This document shows positions 20,292 to 27,420 of a DNA stretch of 64,000 nucleotides, piece by piece; position 1 is the first letter of the stretch; each line of letters begins with the position of its first letter. The DNA lies in the NCBI GenBank assembly GCA_049513715.1, contig JBEKVV010000001.1, positions 384,001 to 448,000 on the forward strand, read 5' to 3'. A model generated the notes under the pieces. That model ran no database searches and was not told where the DNA came from. It saw only the letters and a list, made by a program, of their open reading frames with translations. This DNA comes from Candidatus Bathyarchaeia archaeon. Its GTDB lineage: Archaea; Thermoproteota; Bathyarchaeia; 40CM-2-53-6. Position numbers and translations under genes: made by a program.

Positions 20292-21490
20292 ATTGCTTTG
20301 AGGGACTTTCCAACTTTCTCAAACGCTTTCAAGGCGAAGTCCAGGTCCTTCTTTGTGTGACCAGCGTTCATTATGGTTCTGATTCTGGCCTTATCACGTG
20401 CGACCATTGGGAAAACTATGGGCAGCGCAAAAACATTCTCGCCGAAGAGCATCTCACTCATCTTCCGCGCCGTCGAGCTCTCACCCACAATTACAGGTGT
20501 TATTGGTGTCTCACTGTTCCCGATGTTAAAGCCCAAGCCCCTGAGTCCCTCTTTGAAGTATCGAGTGTTTTCCCAAAGCTTTTGAAGATGAATTGGCTCA
20601 TCTTGAATGACGTCGAGGCTTGCCTTGCAAGATGCAACAACACTGGCAGGGTGAGATCCGCTCAGAAGCCAAGTTCTCGATTTGTTGAGTGCAAAATTCA
20701 CCAGGTCTCGGCTCCCCGCGATGTACCCGCCCACAACTCCAAACGCCTTCGAAAATGTCCCCATCTCAACATCAACTCTGCCATCGATGTGGTGGTGTGA
20801 TGTTATTCCTCGGCCCGCCTCGCCCAGTACGCCATCTCCGTGGGCATCGTCAATGTACGTCATAGCTCCGTGCTGCTCGGCAAGTTCAACGATCCTGTCT
20901 GCTGGGGCGATATCTCCGTCCATGCTGAAGACGCCGTCTGTGACGATGAGAATGTGTTTGTAGCTCTTCTGCTCTGCCTCGTCGAGCACGTGCTTGAGGT
21001 CATCAGGGTTACAATGTTTGTAGACCGCGCGCTCTGCCCTGCTGAGGCGGACTCCGTCAATGATGCTGCCGTGGTTGAGTTCGTCACTAATGATTAGGTC
21101 ACCTTCACTAGCGAGTTGCGGGATGAGGCCTGCGTTGGTCGCGAACCCGGTTGAGTAGGCCAATGCAGCTTCAGTACGCTTGTACCTAGCCAAGGCCTCC
21201 TCTAGCTCAACGTGTGCGCTCATTGTTCCCGCTATTGGGCGAACTGAACCTGACCCTGCGCCATACTTCTCAATGGCTTCTAAGGCGGCCTTCTTCACCT
21301 TAGGATGATTCGTAAGGTTCAGGTAATTGTTCGAGCATAGCATCATGACCTTCTTTTCAGAAACCACAGTCCAAGGGCCACTGTTGCTGGCCAGAACACG
21401 GATACGCCAATCAAGGTCCTGGGCTGCCAACCGGTCGTATTCTTCGCGGAGAAATGAACGCGGGTCTCTCTTGGTAGTATGAGCGGTCAA
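20288..21490 (-). CDS. kbl: Glycine C-acetyltransferase (2-amino-3-ketobutyrate CoA ligase), PLP-dependent
   Basis: CSNNYLNL, SDELNHGSIIDG, DGVFSMDG, GTFSKAFG; divergent from tdh; start re-called at TTG 21490. Confidence 0.88.
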   Translation of the reverse strand: MTAHTTKRDPRSFLREEYDRLAAQDLDWRIRVLASNSGPWTVVSEKKVMMLCSNNYLNLTNHPKVKKAALEAIEKYGAGSGSVRPIAGTMSAHVELEEALARYKRTEAALAYSTGFATNAGLIPQLASEGDLIISDELNHGSIIDGVRLSRAERAVYKHCNPDDLKHVLDEAEQKSYKHILIVTDGVFSMDGDIAPADRIVELAEQHGAMTYIDDAHGDGVLGEAGRGITSHHHIDGRVDVEMGTFSKAFGVVGGYIAGSRDLVNFALNKSRTWLLSGSHPASVVASCKASLDVIQDEPIHLQKLWENTRYFKEGLRGLGFNIGNSETPITPVIVGESSTARKMSEMLFGENVFALPIVFPMVARDKARIRTIMNAGHTKKDLDFALKAFEKVGKSLKAI

Positions 21491-21599
21491 TAATCCAGAC
21501 CAAGCGGTGACTCCAAGACGGTGTGCATAATAGTTTTGCTTCTGGGTACCTCTCGCAAAACATAAAGGCGTCACGCTTGATACTCGCGCCGAGCCGATT

Positions 21600-22628
21600 G
21601 TGAAAGCATTTGCAAAGTTGCGCCCCGAACCGGGGCTGCAATTGATCGACGCGGAACGACCCAAAATCAGCGGGCACGATGTTCTCGTAAAAGTGAAGGT
21701 GACTTCTGTCTGCGGGACCGATTATCACATTTACAAATGGGATGAATGGGCACAAGCGCGCATCAAACCTCCTAGAATAATAGGTCACGAGTTTGCGGGA
21801 GAAGTGGTGGAAGTCGCGCCGGCAGTCGGCTCCTGCAAAGTGGGGGACATCGTTGTGGCAGAGAGCCATATCGGATGCGGAACTTGCTACCAATGCCGAA
21901 CCGGAAATTCTCACATTTGTGAGAAAGTCGCCATTCTCGGCGTCGATGTGGATGGTTGTTTCGCGGACTATGTGAAAGTACCCGCCAACAATGTATGGCC
22001 AGTTCCAAAAGAGGTCCCGCTGGAAACCGCCTCAGCTCTTGAGCCGCTCGGCAATGCAGTTCACGCCGCATTCGCAGCGGACATCGCGGGCAACGATGTC
22101 GTAATCTTTGGATGCGGCCCAGTCGGCCTTTCCGCTGTGGCCCTAGCGAGCATCTCAGGAGCGCTTTCGGTGACCGCGGTTGACATCAATGACTATCGCC
22201 TAAACCTAGCAGCGAAAATGGGCGCGTCGAAGACGATAAACTCGAAGAATACTGATCCGGTAGCCGAGATTCACAAAAATACTGAGGGCCGTGGGTCTGG
22301 TGTGGTGTTGGAGATGTCTGGAAACGAGACCGCCATTAGGGAAGCCTTTCGTGCGGTCAGGAATGGTGGGACAGTAATTCTATTCGGGATTCCATCTAGA
22401 GATGTTCAATTGAACATCGCGGACGACTTCATCTTCAAAGAAGCCCATGTCCAAGGCATTGTTGGACGTGAGATGTTCAAGACTTGGTACAGGCTTGAGG
22501 CTATATTGAAATCTGGAAAGTTGAACCTCAAACCTCTCATAACACATCGAATGCCCCTGAACCAACTTGAAGAAGCGATGAAACTAGTCGGTTCAGGAAA
22601 TTGCGGCAAAGTCGTGCTAACACCGTAG
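21600..22628 (+). CDS. tdh: L-threonine 3-dehydrogenase
   Basis: CGTDYHIYKWDEWAQARI, GHE, EPLGNAVH, GREMFKTWY. Confidence 0.93.
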   Translation: MKAFAKLRPEPGLQLIDAERPKISGHDVLVKVKVTSVCGTDYHIYKWDEWAQARIKPPRIIGHEFAGEVVEVAPAVGSCKVGDIVVAESHIGCGTCYQCRTGNSHICEKVAILGVDVDGCFADYVKVPANNVWPVPKEVPLETASALEPLGNAVHAAFAADIAGNDVVIFGCGPVGLSAVALASISGALSVTAVDINDYRLNLAAKMGASKTINSKNTDPVAEIHKNTEGRGSGVVLEMSGNETAIREAFRAVRNGGTVILFGIPSRDVQLNIADDFIFKEAHVQGIVGREMFKTWYRLEAILKSGKLNLKPLITHRMPLNQLEEAMKLVGSGNCGKVVLTP

Positions 22629-22642
22629 ACCGCGGATGCTGG

Positions 22643-22655
22643 AAACGTTTATTTT
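22643..22655 (+). repeat. attL-like direct repeat AAACGTTTATTTT
   Basis: Identical to 26866-26878; extends to 15/16 matches (AAACGTTTATTTT[A/G]AG). Confidence 0.75.
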
Positions 22656-22659
22656 AAGT

Positions 22660-22671
22660 TTACTTGTGTGC
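22660..22671. repeat. Left subterminal inverted repeat TTACTTGTGTGC
   Basis: Reverse complement matches 26849-26860 (GCACACCAGTAA) at 11/12. Confidence 0.65.
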
Positions 22672-22945
22672 CCTAAACCGTTCCAATCAGCTCATTTTGA
22701 GCCGACCCAAGGCGATTTTCGACAGACATCACAGGCGCATTACATGCGGAAACTGGCTGACCAACAAACGGGCTCCAGACAAGTCTAACGCCGCGGTACT
22801 CCATCGTATATTTGCACAACAGCCGGCTACCCGCCGGCAACCTAGAAATCAACCCTTTTCCAGACGTGCACGCCTCTAGCGCCATAAATTCACACCAAAT
22901 GCTTAACAGCAACGCCTTTCCCATCTCGCCTACAAGTCAGATCCC

Positions 22946-23761
22946 TTGGCCACGACCGACCAGACCTCCCGCATCCTTGCCATAATCCAACGGGAAATCG
23001 CATGCCATTACCCCGAATTGTTCAATCGAGCCTATCACGAATTGGGCATCCCCTCACGTGTCGTGAAATTTGCATCCTACGCGCTACAGGCCGAGGGAAG
23101 AGTCGAATCACGGACATTGCGGGCGAACGATGCCAAGCAAACAAGGGTCTCCTTCATCTATAGCCCGGACCATCCCAAAGACACAATTGATCAAATCATC
23201 GAGGAGAAAACACTACTTCTTGAACAACATTACAACCTCTCCGACATCATCGGCCAACATGGCGAACAACTAGTTGCCACGGCATGCTCGAACCTCGGAT
23301 ACACAGAAATCGAGATCCGCAAGGAAAAACACGGAAATGAAGACCTCGGCATAGCTAAACATGACATAGATGTTTTCTGCAAACATCCGAGTGGGAAGTA
23401 TTACCAATACATCGAAGTCAAGAACAGGCGCTATCCATTAGGCGAACCAGACGTAAACTCAGTACTGCAGACTACCCGTAGGGCAACTGCCCGGTGGAAG
23501 CTAGATTTACGACCGGCTGTCGTTACGAGGTTCACAACCGAAACAGCCGGCCAACTCGCCCAGCGGTTTGACTTGCCAATCGCACTATCACCAGGGGAGT
23601 TTGTACCTACCAGCCACAGGGTATTATATGAGACACTCAACTCTCGCCTCGATCTAGACATCGCCATCGCCGACACCCCGCCAACCCTTCTTACTCCTAG
23701 AATCCGGCAATACACTACAGACTACAAATACAGACAATCCGAGCAAAGTCCCACTAGCTGA
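22946..23761 (+). CDS. PD-(D/E)XK restriction-endonuclease-like protein
   Basis: GQHGEQLV ... HDIDVF ... YIEVKN catalytic motif. Confidence 0.75.
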   Translation: MATTDQTSRILAIIQREIACHYPELFNRAYHELGIPSRVVKFASYALQAEGRVESRTLRANDAKQTRVSFIYSPDHPKDTIDQIIEEKTLLLEQHYNLSDIIGQHGEQLVATACSNLGYTEIEIRKEKHGNEDLGIAKHDIDVFCKHPSGKYYQYIEVKNRRYPLGEPDVNSVLQTTRRATARWKLDLRPAVVTRFTTETAGQLAQRFDLPIALSPGEFVPTSHRVLYETLNSRLDLDIAIADTPPTLLTPRIRQYTTDYKYRQSEQSPTS

Positions 23762-23922
23762 CATGCTTGATACAACTTTTAGTCACAATCAGACGCCAGC
23801 ATCAGCCGCCGACCCCGTACTCTTCTCTTTCTCATCGGTTCTCCACGACACGAAGTTGCCCGTAACTAAGGAAGTCTCTGGAGACACACATCGAATAGTC
23901 GAGACCATGTCTCCCGTGTTCT

Positions 23923-24339
23923 CTAAGTCACTGTGAGCACAATTGAATTTGCTTGGAGCTTTGTGGTATCTTGAGTGTATTGTGGGCTCTCCCCCGAACA
24001 GAAGAATCCTCGACAAGACCAACCATCCAGTCTAATGTTTAACCATGGAGCGTCGCTGTAGCCTTGAATAAGCAGGTCGAGCTTGTAACTCGTCCCTGGT
24101 ACCGCGGCATCAGGAATCTTCACATGAAATGTGTATGGCTGTGGCAGAACAGGTGCAATTTCGTTGAATCTCAATACATTGTCAGTGACCAAGTTGACGG
24201 GATTGGAGAGCACCTCAAGTTTCAGATCATAGATCATAACTTTTGCGGTGAAGGTGATGTCGAGATTGATGGTCTGTCCCGGCTTCACGTGGACATATGA
24301 GATTCTGTATTCAACCTTCCAGTAGTTAGAGCTCAACAC
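23923..24339 (-). CDS. Hypothetical Ig-like beta-sandwich protein (possibly a fragment)
   Basis: VKPGQTINLDITF...FHVKIPDAAVPGTSYKLDLLI pattern; no signal peptide. Confidence 0.5.
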   Translation of the reverse strand: MLSSNYWKVEYRISYVHVKPGQTINLDITFTAKVMIYDLKLEVLSNPVNLVTDNVLRFNEIAPVLPQPYTFHVKIPDAAVPGTSYKLDLLIQGYSDAPWLNIRLDGWSCRGFFCSGESPQYTQDTTKLQANSIVLTVT

Positions 24340-24436
24340 GTATGATTGGCCTTCGTCAGCTGTTGCCGAACCGCTTCTTCGAGGCCCAGGAGCTTTTCGC
24401 GTGTGTCACGTTTCCGGGGTGCCTCACCGAACATGG

Positions 24437-24607
24437 TCATGGCAGGTCGCCGAGCTGGAAGTGGAATCGCAGGTCACAATGCTCGCACATGAGGACTAAC
24501 CAATACGGCTGGTCTGGTGAAGTCCAACCGGCTTTACGAGAGGTGGCCTTGAAGCCCGGCTGTGGTATGCCCGTCTCCAGCTTGACCCCGCTAGTTTCCT
24601 TTTCCAT
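24437..24607 (-). CDS. Small hypothetical protein with a CxxC motif (56 aa)
   Basis: Hand translation MEKETSGVKLETGIPQPGFKATSRKAGWTSPDQPYWLVLMCEHCDLRFHFQLGDLP. Confidence 0.35.
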   Translation of the reverse strand: MEKETSGVKLETGIPQPGFKATSRKAGWTSPDQPYWLVLMCEHCDLRFHFQLGDLP

Positions 24608-24779
24608 TTTTCTTTCTCACTTTTTCACTGCCGGAACATCGTGGGCCGCCTTCGTACCGGCTGCGAAGGCAACCGTCGTGACTCGTTAGAGTCCTATGAC
24701 CTGGAAGATTCTGGGTTCTCCGACCATTGTAAGACGAGCTGAGCCCAACGCGGTAAACGAGACACAACGTCTTGACTAC

Positions 24780-24896
24780 TCAACCGTTGACAAGTCTCCG
24801 GAGAATGGTTTCGAACGTGTCATCTTTCGATCCGAGTTTTGCTAGGTCGTCTCGGAGATGCTTTGACACTTGAATCGTCGTGGTGGTCTTCGACAT
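24780..24896 (-). CDS. Ribbon-helix-helix-like microprotein (38 aa, below ORF-track cutoff)
   Basis: MSKTTTTIQVSKHLRDDLAKLGSKDDTFETILRRLVNG: beta-strand TTIQV plus two helices. Confidence 0.7.
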   Translation of the reverse strand: MSKTTTTIQVSKHLRDDLAKLGSKDDTFETILRRLVNG

Positions 24897-24963
24897 GATT
24901 GATGTGGGCGTCGTAACCCCTATATTAGCCAGAGGCCTTTCAATATGACTAGGTCAGATACTT

Positions 24964-25533
24964 ATGGGGAGACGAGGGAAAGACTTTGAGCGAAACATTG
25001 ACTCCGTGATATGGGGGATTATTCGATCTCACATAACAGGAATCACCTTCGAGGACTCACTGAAGGAAGCCGAACACAAGATTGGAATCAGCAGGGACAC
25101 GTTCTCGCGACACCTCAATGGCCTCCGTGCCATAGGAGCAGTCAATCAGCAAGGGAACCTCTACTCTGTGTCAAAGGTGTGGGCGCTACAGGACGACTCA
25201 AGGCAACTACGCCAGCGGAATCTCTACCCCTACTTACTCGTCGCCGTTACATCGCTGACCCACCGTTATCTGGCATTGCTGCAAGCGATGATTGAGGCAC
25301 CTGACATCTCCAAGGCTCATGGTGAGGCTGATCGCTTTCTCAGGAATGTCGACGACTCCTACATTATGGAGTTTGCCCGTGGCGTCTGGAAATCTAGGGG
25401 TAACGTGCGACTGGAACCGCTGAGTGAAGATAACAGAAGTTTGACGCTAGAGTTTGTGAAAGCTCAACGTCCCAACAGAGGCGTGCGTGTTAGGGGCATC
25501 TCCGACCGACAAGCCAAGCGTAAGTCACCATAA
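24964..25533 (+). CDS. Winged-HTH domain protein
   Basis: GISRDTFSRHLNGLRAIGAV...NLYSV wHTH at the N-terminus. Confidence 0.65.
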   Translation: MGRRGKDFERNIDSVIWGIIRSHITGITFEDSLKEAEHKIGISRDTFSRHLNGLRAIGAVNQQGNLYSVSKVWALQDDSRQLRQRNLYPYLLVAVTSLTHRYLALLQAMIEAPDISKAHGEADRFLRNVDDSYIMEFARGVWKSRGNVRLEPLSEDNRSLTLEFVKAQRPNRGVRVRGISDRQAKRKSP

Positions 25534-25575
25534 CGCCTAGGCAAACAATATTGACTTGATGTGGGGTACACCCTG

Positions 25576-26646
25576 CTAGGTCTTCTGGAGCTGCTTCATC
25601 TTCCGCTTGATTACAGCGAGAACCTCCGGATCCTCAAACAGCCTGTCCATGTAGCTGTCCGGTTTCTTCCGGGCCTCTTCCTTCTCCTCAAGGCGGGTTA
25701 GTTTATCTCGGAGTTCCTCGACCTCTTCCTTTGTGGGGATTGTTGGCTTCCACAGTTTCCCAAGTTCCCTGGCCATGTATCGCTCGTCCAGGGTTTCTCT
25801 GCTGTAACCGTACCGGTCGGTGCCGTGGCCCATGCAGAACTCGCTGACCGCATAGGCCACTTCGGATTTGCCGCATTGACTTTTGAAGCTGGACCTCAGT
25901 TGATGTGGCCCTAGGCCGACCTGCCACAGTTTCACTTTCTTCGCTGCTCTCCTCCAAACATTCTGTAAGTCGTGGGCATCGATCAGTGTGCCTCCCCGGT
26001 CCTTGGAGAGCTTGGTCTTCATCGGAAACTCGGGCACGTGCTGCTTAGGTACCAAGGTGAAGAAGTCGTTCAACGTCGACTTCCTAGGCGAGAGAGCGAT
26101 TTTGATGTACGGTTTCTCGTTGTTTCGCTGCGTCTCGATCTTGCGTTGGATCTCAAGGGAGTTCTGGATCTCCGAGACCTCGTCCTCACCGAGACCGGAC
26201 CAGAGCATGAATTTGAAGAGGCTTCGGTAGGGTTCGTCGGTTTCCTGGATTATGGTGCTCGCGTTCTCCCAGGTTAGTTCAGGTTTGCTTCGGACACGTC
26301 GAACTCTGATCTTCCCGTTCACGTGCATGTCGACTTCATGAAACTCCAGGAAGCTGCGCAGCGCGTATTTCGTCAAGTGGGCGGCGTTCATGGAATGCTT
26401 GTAGATCTCTCCGAGTCTTCCTTTGACTTCTATCGCGGTTTCCCGGGGGTTCTGTTGGGCTCTCTTTAGGAAGCTGGCGGGATCCTCGTTCCCGAAGAAT
26501 CGCGTGAGGAAGATGACGTATTGGTTGCGGGTGCTTTCCTTGAGTTCTGTTCCTACGCCGTTCAGCCATGATTTGACCTCTGGGGTTGCAGAGAGCTTCG
26601 CGAGAGCCTCAGTCAACTTGCTGCGCCTCGCTTTGGATTTCGTCAA
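25576..26646 (-). CDS. Tyrosine recombinase/integrase (atypical box I)
   Basis: N-terminal core-binding region (ESTRNQY...LRSFLEF), SGLGEDEV, PRKS, GPHQLRSSF, MGH...RYGY, coiled-coil tail. Confidence 0.85.
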   Translation of the reverse strand: MTKSKARRSKLTEALAKLSATPEVKSWLNGVGTELKESTRNQYVIFLTRFFGNEDPASFLKRAQQNPRETAIEVKGRLGEIYKHSMNAAHLTKYALRSFLEFHEVDMHVNGKIRVRRVRSKPELTWENASTIIQETDEPYRSLFKFMLWSGLGEDEVSEIQNSLEIQRKIETQRNNEKPYIKIALSPRKSTLNDFFTLVPKQHVPEFPMKTKLSKDRGGTLIDAHDLQNVWRRAAKKVKLWQVGLGPHQLRSSFKSQCGKSEVAYAVSEFCMGHGTDRYGYSRETLDERYMARELGKLWKPTIPTKEEVEELRDKLTRLEEKEEARKKPDSYMDRLFEDPEVLAVIKRKMKQLQKT

Positions 26647-26836
26647 GTCGCGCTAGGCCGTCCTTGAATTTGCTTCCGTGGTTCTTGTGGCCGCATCTGC
26701 AGGTACAGCGAAACTTTTTAGCTGCGGCGCAGTTCCCGCTGCCGCAGTGGCAAGCAATGGGTAGAAGGTTGAGGTTAGGTTCAAGGTTCTCGACGGCGAA
26801 CAGTTCTCGCCAATCACGTTCGGTTACTCTCTCCAA
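26609..26836 (-). CDS. Cys/His-rich putative zinc-binding microprotein
   Basis: CHCGSGNCAAAKKFRCTCRCGHKNHG; overlaps the recombinase start by 38 bp. Confidence 0.65.
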   Translation of the reverse strand: MERVTERDWRELFAVENLEPNLNLLPIACHCGSGNCAAAKKFRCTCRCGHKNHGSKFKDGLARLDEIQSEAQQVD

Positions 26837-26848
26837 GTCATATTACCA

Positions 26849-26860
26849 GCACACCAGTAA
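26849..26860. repeat. Right subterminal inverted repeat GCACACCAGTAA
   Basis: Partner of 22660-22671. Confidence 0.65.
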
Positions 26861-26865
26861 TACAA

Positions 26866-26878
26866 AAACGTTTATTTT
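26866..26878 (+). repeat. attR-like direct repeat, also the probable BRE/TATA of rpl15
   Basis: AAACGTTTATTTT, 65 bp upstream of the rpl15 ATG. Confidence 0.75.
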
Positions 26879-26943
26879 GAGCACTTCTGAACCTCACCCG
26901 TTCGCGTGCTTGATCAGGGCAAACGATTGAGGGCTTAATCCAA

Positions 26944-27414
26944 ATGGCTACTAGACTCAGGAAAGGTCGGCATCTTAGAGGGTCCCGAACGCATGGTTGG
27001 GGGACCTCAGGCCAGCACAGGGCAAGTGGAATGCGCGGAGGGTTCGGCAACACGGGCCGTTACCGGCACAAACGGTCTCGACTAATCAGGAACAAGGAAT
27101 TTGTCCACATGCACTATGTTGGCAAGAAGGGCTTCCGGTCTGTCGCTGAGAAGAGACATGTGGGTACGGCACTGAAGACGTTGAACCTTTGGCAGCTCTC
27201 TGACATCGTCAACAAGTTGGTTGATGCAAAGAAGGCGCAAATGGAGAATCAGAAAGTCATAGTGGACTTGAGCCAGATGGGTTACAAGAAGCTTCTTGGG
27301 CCTGGCTCAATTTCCCGAGCAGTACAAGTGAAAGTAGATCATTGTTCTGAAAGTGCGGTTAAGAAAATCAAAGAAGCCGGCGGCGACGCCGTTCTCCCTA
27401 AACCTGTCAAGTGA
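26944..27414 (+). CDS. rpl15: 50S ribosomal protein uL15
   Basis: RGSRTHGWG, GKKGF, KLLGPG, KIKEAGG. Confidence 0.96.
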   Translation: MATRLRKGRHLRGSRTHGWGTSGQHRASGMRGGFGNTGRYRHKRSRLIRNKEFVHMHYVGKKGFRSVAEKRHVGTALKTLNLWQLSDIVNKLVDAKKAQMENQKVIVDLSQMGYKKLLGPGSISRAVQVKVDHCSESAVKKIKEAGGDAVLPKPVK

Positions 27415-27420
27415 AGTTGA

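Larger units (their letters stand above)
22643..26878. mobile_element. ~4.2 kb integrated tyrosine-recombinase element
   Basis: 13-bp direct repeats at both ends, 12-bp subterminal inverted repeats, recombinase plus small regulators and nuclease cargo. Confidence 0.75.

Noticed and set aside
22673..22924. Short ORFs at the element's left end
   Set aside because: No motifs or convincing composition; coding status unsupported
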